64,000 nt of DNA from Ignavibacteriota bacterium (GTDB taxonomy: Bacteria > Bacteroidota > Ignavibacteria > UBA10030), in NCBI GenBank assembly GCA_963701295.1, contig OY969585.1, positions 128,001 to 192,000 on the forward strand, written 5' to 3'. This document shows positions 31,119 through 39,574 of the stretch, piece by piece (position 1 is the first letter of the stretch; each line of letters begins with the position of its first letter). Below the pieces are notes generated by a model. That model did no database searches. It saw only the letters and a list, made by a program, of their open reading frames with translations, and was not told where the DNA came from. A program made the position numbers and the translations under genes.

Positions 31119-32128
31119 TAGCGATTACCTCCGTTGCTGTTATCTTTCAAGATTGTTTGGATGAGAATGTCCTTTTCAATCGGTACAATACCAACTTCTC
31201 CGCATACAATTCCTCCGGCATAATTGGCGAGCGCAGCCGATTCCCGAACAGATGCACCAGCCACCATTGCCATTGTGAGAGTTGCAATCACAGTATCGCC
31301 TGCACCTGAAACATCTGCAACATGTCTTGCTTTTGTTTCCACATGCGCTAACGAACCGTTTCGTTCAAGAAGAATCATTCCCATTTCGCCGAGTGTCAGT
31401 AATACATTGTCGGCAGCAAGTTTTTTAAGAAGATCGCGCGCTGCTCCTTCCATGTCGTCAAACGTATGGAGCCGGTGACCCAGCGCTTCTTCGGCTTCTT
31501 TGCGGTTTGGCTTGAAAACGGACACACCTTGATATTCGAAAAAATTATTCGATTTTGGATCTACGGTAATAGGCTTTTTATGATCTTTCGCCAACTGAAT
31601 GATGGATCTAATCAAGCCTTTCGTCAGCACACCTTTGTTGTAGTCTTCGAGAATGATTCCATCCAGTGACTTTATTCGATTTTCAAGCGCAGCAAGAACC
31701 TTTCCTTGTGTGCCGGCGTTGAGATCGATCTTTTCCTCCTGATCGATTCGCACAACATGCTGTCCGTGCGCAATAACGCGTGTTTTGATTGTTGTGGGAC
31801 GCGAGCTATCGACAACAATTCCATTTGTAGGAAAACCCTTTTCTGTTACCAACGTTCGCAGTGATTCCGCACCTGCATCCTTGCCGACAACGCCGATCAT
31901 AATCGGCACACCACCAAGCGATGAAATATTGTTCGCAACATTTGCCGCTCCGCCAAGCCGTGTGGACTCATTATCTATTTCAACTACAGGGACCGGCGCT
32001 TCAGGGGAAATACGAGAGACTTTTCCCCAAAAATACCGGTCGAGCATGAGATCACCGACCACAGCGATTTGCTTACCGGCAAAGCCTTTTTGAATTTGAC
32101 TCAACCTATCTGAAGAAAGACTAACCAT
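31118..32128 (-). CDS. rfaE1: D-glycero-beta-D-manno-heptose-7-phosphate kinase (HldA/RfaE domain I)
   Basis: VGDLMLDRY, RISPEAPVPVV, GGAANVA, DYNKG, DVSGAGDTV. Confidence 0.96.
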   Translation of the reverse strand: MVSLSSDRLSQIQKGFAGKQIAVVGDLMLDRYFWGKVSRISPEAPVPVVEIDNESTRLGGAANVANNISSLGGVPIMIGVVGKDAGAESLRTLVTEKGFPTNGIVVDSSRPTTIKTRVIAHGQHVVRIDQEEKIDLNAGTQGKVLAALENRIKSLDGIILEDYNKGVLTKGLIRSIIQLAKDHKKPITVDPKSNNFFEYQGVSVFKPNRKEAEEALGHRLHTFDDMEGAARDLLKKLAADNVLLTLGEMGMILLERNGSLAHVETKARHVADVSGAGDTVIATLTMAMVAGASVRESAALANYAGGIVCGEVGIVPIEKDILIQTILKDNSNGGNR

Positions 32129-32788
32129 TGAAAATTCCGAATTTGCAGTGTATTTCCATTAGAATATAGAGAGAAATGGATGTACAAGCAAGAAACGTGT
32201 TTTTACACAACATTCGATTCATACTTCGGACGATGAGGTGCGCCCTTCAGTTCCAAATCGGAGAGAATCGTAACTCAATAATCTTGCTGTTATTCATATA
32301 AAAGGATTAGTCTATTCCTGCCACTGTGCCAGCACAAGCGATATGATTATCTGAAATACCGAGAAATCGGTATTGATATTGATTAAGATTGTAATAGTTT
32401 TTAGAGAATTTCCGTTGGTTTTCTTGTTGATTTCAAAGCTGCTGAAATTTCTGTCTTCGGTCCATATGTATGTCGATGAGATTCATAAAAGCTTTCACGT
32501 TTCTCTGAATTTCAATGAAATCATGACAAACAACAATGTGTGGATTGTTTAATATGTGAGATATGTTGATGAGCTTTAATCCGGATGCAGAAAAATAATA
32601 TCTCACGATGTGAAGATGTTCTGGTACAGCAGATATTGCATACCAAATGGACCTAAACACAATTCTTACGCGTCTATGTTACAATACACATACGGCAAAA
32701 ATGCTATTCATAATTACAGACGTTATGCGAAACGCACGCCGCCATAACAGGTCTGTCATATTATCCACTATTCAAAAAGGAGGTTTCC

Positions 32789-33265
32789 ATGACTTACTCA
32801 AAAGTAATTGTCGGCTTTATTCTTATTACTCTCTTCGCCGGATGTTCCACTCCCGCGCAGAAAAACAAAATCGAAGGCGTTTGGGAATTAACCTCTCAGA
32901 AATGGAATGGGAAGGGGGAGATATCAGGTAGAGACATCAAAATGTTCACAGGCAAACATTTTTCGTTTATATTCCAGGACACGGCTGAAGCAAAATCCCT
33001 GCTGGCTAAAAAAACACTGAGAGATTCCCTGTCAGTATTCTCCGACGATTTCTATGCCGGTGCCGGGAGTTACAAGCTTGTTGATAGTGTCTATACAGAG
33101 ACATATGAGTTCTTTTTTAATCCCTACAGAGTTGGGAAATCAGTTGACTTTATACTGAGAGTAGACGGTGATCGATTATCTCAATCAGGTAAGTGGCCCG
33201 TATATGAGGGGGGAAAGAAGGTTCGAGATGTGCTTTTAGAAGAAGTCTACAAACGAATAGAATGA
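32789..33265 (+). CDS. lipocalin-like hypothetical lipoprotein
   Basis: AAGGAGG RBS; lipobox FAGC; IEGVWEL (GxW); AGSY; EVYKRIE end. Confidence 0.7.
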   Translation: MTYSKVIVGFILITLFAGCSTPAQKNKIEGVWELTSQKWNGKGEISGRDIKMFTGKHFSFIFQDTAEAKSLLAKKTLRDSLSVFSDDFYAGAGSYKLVDSVYTETYEFFFNPYRVGKSVDFILRVDGDRLSQSGKWPVYEGGKKVRDVLLEEVYKRIE

Positions 33266-33313
33266 AATAACTCACAGCTATAGTAGTTTGCTATTTTAAA
33301 AAAGGAGAATTTT

Positions 33314-34189
33314 ATGAATCTAGTTATTGGTGCAACGGGAATGGTGGGTATGGAGATTTGCCGATTGCTGGCAACATCCGGAAAACCCGTGAGAGCATTT
33401 GTGCGATCCGGTTCCGACCCGCAGAAGGTAGAGAAACTCAAGAATTTTGGTGCAGTCATTGTCCGGGGCGACCTGCGCGACAACGTATCGGTCAAAGCCG
33501 CCTGCAAGGGTGCAACTGCCGTTATTGATACAGCATCGTCGATGCCTTTTGCATATAAGCCTGGCGACAATACACCACAAATTACGGATCAGGACGGCGC
33601 GCTTGGATTGATTTCCGCCGCGAGTGAAGCAGGTATTAAGCAGATGGTGTACACTTCCTTCCCTCCGATGAATGCATCTTTCCCGCTTCAGGACGCGAAG
33701 CGCGCAGTGGAAGCTCGCTTGCGTGCTAGCGGACTCGTTTACACAATCCTGAGACCGACGTTCTTCACCGAAGTCTGGCTCAGTCCAGCTGTGGGATTCG
33801 ATTACATCAACCGTAAAGCGACCATCTATGGAAGAGGGGAAAATGGAATCAGCTGGATTTCATTCCTGGATGTAGCCCAATTCGCCGTTGCCAGTCTCAA
33901 CAATCCCAATGCCCGCAACGTCGTGTTGGAATTTGGAGGGCCGGAAGGTATAAGTCCACATAAAGTGATAAAGATTTTCGAGAAGATCGGCGGCAAGCCG
34001 TTCGAGATTACAAATGTCTCTGTCGAAGCATTGCAAGGCCAATATGCCGCGGCAACGGATCCGATGCAAAAATCATTTGTCGGATTGATGCTTGGTTATG
34101 CAGGCGCCACGGCAATCGACATGAGGCCATTGTTGAAAACATTTCCGCTGAGGCTGAGAACGGTTGAGGAGTATGCTGAGAGCGCCTGA
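33314..34189 (+). CDS. NmrA-like / SDR NAD(P)-binding oxidoreductase
   Basis: VIGATGMVG, VRGDL, YTILRPTFF, ISFLDVA; AAGGAG RBS. Confidence 0.9.
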   Translation: MNLVIGATGMVGMEICRLLATSGKPVRAFVRSGSDPQKVEKLKNFGAVIVRGDLRDNVSVKAACKGATAVIDTASSMPFAYKPGDNTPQITDQDGALGLISAASEAGIKQMVYTSFPPMNASFPLQDAKRAVEARLRASGLVYTILRPTFFTEVWLSPAVGFDYINRKATIYGRGENGISWISFLDVAQFAVASLNNPNARNVVLEFGGPEGISPHKVIKIFEKIGGKPFEITNVSVEALQGQYAAATDPMQKSFVGLMLGYAGATAIDMRPLLKTFPLRLRTVEEYAESA

Positions 34190-34287
34190 CGATGTGACCA
34201 TAAATACTTGACGCTCTATTATCCGGTACTGCAGCAACTGCGGCAGCACGAAATTGGATGTGCCGCCATGGTTTCTCAGGAGAGGCT

Positions 34288-34895
34288 ATGAAAACGATTA
34301 CCGGATGTCGGCGAAGTATCAGTCTCGCTGGCGCTGCGCTCTGGCTGATTGCAATTAGTTTCGTCTTCGTCACATGGTCGATTTTGGCAATCAGGACATC
34401 GATCGCAAGATTGGTGCTCAGGGGAACGTTTGTGCTTTTGGGTGCTCTCGCTGCAATCGGCGTCGTGGTGATTCGCGTTACGTTGGGCTTACCGGTCAGC
34501 ATTGCACCACCAAATCCCGGAAAATCAACGGATGGGGCATCGGTTCGCCTGAGTCTTCGGTGCTGAAATGTTAGCGTTCGCAGTTGTCAACCTAGTCGCA
34601 AGAGCCATAGGAAATTTCGAACTAATGCTCTCCTTGAACCTGATTGTGGTAGGAAATTCACTTTTTCCCGTTGGCGTAGATATTTCGCGTCTCATGCTAC
34701 AACTTCACAGGGCTCCTCTTTTGTGCAATTCCGGTGGTTACGCTTCTCGCGATCCCAAAGCAGTTCGAGGTTGAGCACGCGTTGGCCTCGTACGTTGTTC
34801 CGGGCCTGGGATATGGACTTGTAGCTTCATTGACCGCAGCGGCAGCGTTACGCGAAGCGTTGCAATCTGTCTTTAAAACTCGTAGTGCGTTCTAA
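34288..34895 (+). pseudogene. decayed multi-TM membrane protein (DUF7010-like)
   Basis: Joining three frames gives ...GAALWLIAISFVF...RFA*VFGAEMLAFAVVN...LIVVG/IHFFPLA*IFRVSCYNFTGLLFCAIPVVTLL...LREALQSV; two frameshifts (~34510, ~34655) and two in-frame stops; AGGAGAGG RBS. Confidence 0.75.
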
Positions 34896-35604
34896 CCACT
34901 TTAAAAAGAGCCGAGCGCCTGTAATATTTTCGCAAAGCGAAAAACAAATTAGTGAATGGTGTAAATAGATTACTCCCGACGCGTCCCGCAACAGCGGGAT
35001 GCCGAGTTCTTTGAGAGTGATAGCGAACACGACCAGCAGCTTTACCTTGATTATGAATTGAAGAAGTGAGATATTCTTTTTGGGCAAGAGAATGCAGGAA
35101 CTTCGAATTCGCTCATTCTAGTGTTTGTTTTTTCCTATTAAGCGGGCAGCATTTATGTTGGGCATTGACACAACGTTTCTTCGAGTTTCTTTTCCTGTAT
35201 CATCAAAAAACCGATCTGGAAAAATCCGACGGGCAATGATCTATGTGAGCGTATGAAGATGGTGATGGAGGTAAGAAGCCCGATGAAACAGTCGAAATTG
35301 AATTGAACATAGAATGCAGAATCGAACACACACTTTGACTGTGTGTTAGTATGCACAGGTCAGTATAATTAATATTTAACCTTGCTCTTCACACAATCAC
35401 AAACATATGGAGGATCTTTATGAAATGATTATCACTTCCCATTTAGTTTGGTTTCAGGCGAGCCGATGATGGCTGCCGGCAAAAGACCGGTTTGTCAGAC
35501 AAAATGAAGGTCATCACGTCTCGTGTAGTAAGTACCAATTGTTGTCTCTAAGAATATTTTGAACGATTACGTAAAAACCATCTTGATTAAACAAGGAGTC
35601 AGTC

Positions 35605-36483
35605 ATGAGAAAACTTTATACTGTCATTCTAACGGTTGCGTTTGTAATTTTTATCACCCCGGCTGTATTCGCTCAAGTAGCAAATGCAGGGTTTGAGAAC
35701 TGGACGAATGGATCACCGGACGGGTGGGATGCTGCAACGAACATTGCCGGTATTGCTACAAATATAACGAAGTCAACGGATGCACATTCAGGAAGTTCCG
35801 CATTACGCGGAGAAATTATAAATCTCAGCGGGGCATATCCTCCAGTCTTATGGGCGGGACAGATGGGAAACGGTACCCCCTATACGGGTAAAGATGCTGC
35901 GTTCACTGGATATTACAAATTCGTACCTGTAGCTTCCTCAGGCGACATCTTTGAGATCGATGTTATTACATATAAAAATGGATGGCTCAGTGGTGGACTC
36001 GGTTATGGAACTTTAAAAATCACTGCCAGCGCAACCGCCTATACCAAATTTGCCGTTCCCATCCAATACGTCTTTCCAGGCACGCCGGACAGTTGTTATA
36101 TCTTGTTTACACTTAATGGCCCCGGATCGAGTAACGGCACGGTGGGTTCATATTTTATTATCGACGATCTTGCTTTCGGCGCAGGAACAGGCGTTGAAGA
36201 ACGTGGAAACAACCAGCCATTTGTGTTTTCTCTAAATCAAAATTATCCCAACCCTTTCAACCCGTCAACCATTATCAGTTACCAAGTACCAAGCGACGGC
36301 ATGGTCAGTTTGAAGGTGTATGATATGCTGGGAAGAGAAGTCTCAACACTTGTTAACGGTGTGAAAGCGGCGGGAAATTACACGGCAACATTCAATGCTG
36401 CAAACTTGCCGAGCGGCGTATACTTTTATACATTGCAGGCGGGTAACTACACAGTGACGAAGAAAGCGATTCTTCTTCGATAA
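35605..36483 (+). CDS. secreted protein with carbohydrate-binding-like domain and T9SS type A sorting tail
   Basis: Signal peptide (VFA-Q); NAGFENW...YFIIDDL; tail LNQNYPNPFNPST...YDMLGREV...SGVYFY...KKAILLR. Confidence 0.88.
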   Translation: MRKLYTVILTVAFVIFITPAVFAQVANAGFENWTNGSPDGWDAATNIAGIATNITKSTDAHSGSSALRGEIINLSGAYPPVLWAGQMGNGTPYTGKDAAFTGYYKFVPVASSGDIFEIDVITYKNGWLSGGLGYGTLKITASATAYTKFAVPIQYVFPGTPDSCYILFTLNGPGSSNGTVGSYFIIDDLAFGAGTGVEERGNNQPFVFSLNQNYPNPFNPSTIISYQVPSDGMVSLKVYDMLGREVSTLVNGVKAAGNYTATFNAANLPSGVYFYTLQAGNYTVTKKAILLR

Positions 36484-36590
36484 CACGTGTGCGTTGGATG
36501 ATTTCGGCCTGCTTGCGGGGAAAACCATCCTTTCGCATACCGGCGGATAAACTAGCGAACAAAATCTGACGAAAAAGTATTGAGTTTTAG

Positions 36591-36635
36591 GTGTGACCGT
36601 CACCAATGATTGGAAACAAAGAGTGACGGTCACAC
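36591..36635. repeat. perfect 13-bp inverted repeat (REP-like)
   Basis: GTGTGACCGTCAC-19 nt-GTGACGGTCACAC, no adjacent T tract. Confidence 0.7.
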
Positions 36636-36799
36636 AGTGATAGAGAAATGATTATGTTGCTCGAGTAGTATCAAGAACAATCGCGCCCCTCAAATTAGAA
36701 AAGGAAAGAGTTACATAAACACTAATCCCATGATACATCCGATGAAGAGGATGCCGAGTTAAGAGTATTGATAAAATTGTTTAGATCAAACGTTACCAA

Positions 36800-37468
36800 A
36801 TGCACGAAAGGAACATATTTATGCTCATAAGATTGAAAATCAACTTATCGCATGGTTTTCTTCTTACTACGGTTTTTCTTTTTGCATTAATTAACTTCGC
36901 ATGCACCTCTTCTCGCCTGACAAACGTATGGAAAGACCCGGAGTTCAAGAATCCGCCGATGACAAACATGCTAATCATTGCAGCGAAAAAAGACCCTGAA
37001 AACCGGCGTATATGGGAAGATGTGATCGTTGCAGAACTGTCTGCCAAGGGTGTTGCGTCCACCTCTTCGTACCGATTGTTTGCAGACTCTATCCCCGATC
37101 CCGACCAAGTTAGAGTTGCTGTTCAAGAAAAGAAATTCGATGGAGTGCTTTTCATCAGAAAATTGCCGACCGAGATATCTACCAATTCTGTACCAGGAAA
37201 CGTAAAAGGCGAGCTGGTAACAAGGAATGATGAGCGAACCAATATATACTCTACTTTCTATCGAGATGTACAACAGCCCGGCTACACTGACACCAATAGG
37301 GTAGTACGTCAAGAGGTTAACGTTCTTACTACACAAGAAGGCGGCCGTTTAGTATGGGCTGGCACGGGCGAGATGATTAACCCAAATTCGAGAGAAGAGA
37401 TCAGAGATGATATCGCTAGTTTGGTTATTCCAGAATTGGCGCGGCAGGGAATCATCCCAGCAAAGTAG
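36800..37468 (+). CDS. hypothetical lipoprotein (DUF4136-like)
   Basis: Lipobox NFAC; WKDP, RRIWED, FDGVL, LVWAG; start uncertain (36800 or 36821). Confidence 0.7.
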   Translation: MHERNIFMLIRLKINLSHGFLLTTVFLFALINFACTSSRLTNVWKDPEFKNPPMTNMLIIAAKKDPENRRIWEDVIVAELSAKGVASTSSYRLFADSIPDPDQVRVAVQEKKFDGVLFIRKLPTEISTNSVPGNVKGELVTRNDERTNIYSTFYRDVQQPGYTDTNRVVRQEVNVLTTQEGGRLVWAGTGEMINPNSREEIRDDIASLVIPELARQGIIPAK

Positions 37469-37642
37469 TTTCGCATTCGCAACGGGGCGATATTTTTATT
37501 ACAGACGTTAGGCTCCATGCACAGCGACAACTAACATGCATAAAAATGTTGAACAGAAGTAACAATACATTAAAAATCAAGACACAAGCTATTACTCATA
37601 TTTACATAGGAATGCCTCCAACAGGGACAGGAAAACACACAT

Positions 37643-38209
37643 ATGAATTTTGGCATCATCTTAATCACAGTTTCCATCCTTTGGATAGGATCGGAAATCA
37701 TTTTGGCTCGAACGAAACGCTCTCAATCGACGGATATACGATTTGATAAATCTTCGCTCCGCATACTATGGGTCACCATTTCTATCGCCGTTAATGTTGG
37801 TATCCTTTCCAGCTTTCAGCGCATTGGGTACTTTGGAAATGGATCTCGAATCTTTTCAATTGCCGGTCTCATGTTCATCGTCTTCGGACTGCTCGTTCGT
37901 TGGATTGCCATCTTTTCTCTGAAGCATCAATTTACAGTGGACGTTTCGATCACACAAGATCATCAAATCATTAGGAAAGGAATTTATCACTTTGTGCGCC
38001 ATCCGGCATACGCAGGCAGTTTGCTTTCATTCTTTGGGCTTGGGCTATGCTTCGCTAACTATCTCAGTATGCTCATAATTTTTCTTCCGATATGTTCAGC
38101 TTTCCTCCACAGAATTCATGTTGAAGAGAAAGCTCTTATTGATAATTTCGGCGACGAGTATATCAAGTACTGTGCCTCGACCAAGCGACTCATCCCTGGA
38201 ATCTTTTGA
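37643..38209 (+). CDS. isoprenylcysteine carboxyl methyltransferase (ICMT/Ste14) family protein
   Basis: HQIIRKGIYHFVRHPAYAG, RIHVEEKAL, FGDEY, KRLIPGIF. Confidence 0.92.
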   Translation: MNFGIILITVSILWIGSEIILARTKRSQSTDIRFDKSSLRILWVTISIAVNVGILSSFQRIGYFGNGSRIFSIAGLMFIVFGLLVRWIAIFSLKHQFTVDVSITQDHQIIRKGIYHFVRHPAYAGSLLSFFGLGLCFANYLSMLIIFLPICSAFLHRIHVEEKALIDNFGDEYIKYCASTKRLIPGIF

Positions 38210-38410
38210 ATAAGTTGCACTTCGGCTCACAAAGAAAAAACAGTGACGCTTACTCTATGATAGCGGGAGATACTTGCGGTCATTTAATGCCTTTACTCAT
38301 CCTGCACTTTTTGTGCGGGATAAGAGCAATGTCTTGGTTTGCGAAACGTCGGACGACATACAGTCACAAATGAATTCGAAATAATAAAATTCATACTGAC
38401 GAGAAGCACG

Positions 38411-39151
38411 ATGAAAAATTCAAAAACAAATTTTAGCAAATCTCAATGGACAAATAACGGATTTGCCCATGAATACTTAAGAGATAGTGATATATATATT
38501 CCTCAACGAGAACAGGTACTGCAATTAATAAAATTCATATTTTCATTTTATATTAATACTAAAGTAAAAAATCCTTATGTAGTCGATTTAGGATGCGGTG
38601 ATGGCGCTATAACGAAAGCACTATTAGACGTTAATAAGAATCTTCTATCAACATTAATCGATGGTTCAGAGCATATGCTTGAATCTGCAAGAAAAAATAT
38701 CCCAAATAAAAACATCAAGGAGGTCATTCATATTTCATTTCAAGATCTTTGTGGTTCATCTGTTATTGAAGATGATACAGATTTTATAGTTTCATCATTA
38801 GCTATACACCATTTAAACGAGATTGAAAAAGGCCGTTTATTTAGATATATTTACGCAAAATTGAAACCTGGCGGATTATTTATAAATTATGATCCGGTTT
38901 TGTCTCCCTCGCTTGAATTGGAGCAACTCAATTTATTGATGTGGAAAGAATGGATACTGAATTATGAGGCAAAAATAAATCCAAGAAGAGATAAATCATT
39001 GGAATATATTCCATCCCAATATAAAAGTAATAAAGACAATGTTCCTAGTACTTTAGATTCACAATTAGAAATATTAAAAAATGCAGGATTTTTAGATGTT
39101 ACTCTGTTCTATAAATATGGTTTATTTTGCTTGTTTGGTGGGAGGAAATAA
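38411..39151 (+). CDS. class I SAM-dependent methyltransferase (CmoA-like)
   Basis: VVDLGCGDG, IDGS, SSLAIHHL, LKPGGLF, AGF; conspicuously AT-rich. ATG 38411 preferred. Confidence 0.9.
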   Translation: MKNSKTNFSKSQWTNNGFAHEYLRDSDIYIPQREQVLQLIKFIFSFYINTKVKNPYVVDLGCGDGAITKALLDVNKNLLSTLIDGSEHMLESARKNIPNKNIKEVIHISFQDLCGSSVIEDDTDFIVSSLAIHHLNEIEKGRLFRYIYAKLKPGGLFINYDPVLSPSLELEQLNLLMWKEWILNYEAKINPRRDKSLEYIPSQYKSNKDNVPSTLDSQLEILKNAGFLDVTLFYKYGLFCLFGGRK

Positions 39152-39304
39152 GAGTGAATAAATCAATAATGATCATCGCAATCTTTAGATTGCGTTTTCT
39201 AAATATCATCGCGAACAGACCAGTCCGCCGCATATTCAACGTGCTTATAGCAGGTGATGCTGCGTGGTATTAAACCCGAAAAAGAAGAAACAAGAAGCAA
39301 GCCC

Positions 39305-39333
39305 TTGACATCTTACGTTCCAAGGAGTATATT
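39305..39333 (+). promoter_or_regulatory. sigma70-type promoter of the thiamine operon
   Basis: TTGACA, 17-nt spacer, TATATT, ~75 nt upstream of the riboswitch. Confidence 0.75.
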
Positions 39334-39404
39334 TGAATTGTAGATAATAAATTTCCCGAGTATTCTCCGATGCGGTATCATCGTACGGAGTGAGTTCTTT
39401 TCAA

Positions 39405-39505
39405 TAAGTTGTATGGGGTGCTACGGTCTTCTTTTCTAGGGAAAACCGGGCTGAGATTACACCCTTGTAACCTGATCTGGATAATACCAGCGTAGGGAAG
39501 TAAAA
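39405..39505 (+). ncRNA. TPP riboswitch (thi box)
   Basis: GGGGTGCT...GCTGAGA-TT-ACACCCTT-GTAACCTGATCTGGATAATACCAGCGTAGGGAAG matches the TPP aptamer consensus; thiN lies downstream. Confidence 0.96.
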
Positions 39506-39516
39506 AACGATTTTTT

Positions 39517-39559
39517 AAAGCCGTTTTCCATGAACCTATGGGAAACGGCTTTTTTATTT
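39517..39559 (+). terminator. attenuator terminator (riboswitch expression platform)
   Basis: AAAGCCGTTTTCCAT-gaacct-ATGGGAAACGGCTTT plus TTTTATTT, between the aptamer and the AAGGAGG RBS. Confidence 0.88.
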
Positions 39560-39574
39560 ATAAAGGAGGAAAAA

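Noticed and set aside
35405-35520. Gene after GGAGG + ATG at ~35420
   Set aside because: ATG AAA TGA stops at once; possibly a remnant, but I could not reconstruct it.
39365-39390. Second (tandem) riboswitch upstream of the TPP aptamer
   Set aside because: Only one imperfect hairpin (CTCCG...CGGAG) with no aptamer consensus.
39530-39574. Upstream start or leader peptide for the TonB receptor
   Set aside because: This ATG lies inside the terminator stem; the RBS points to 39575.
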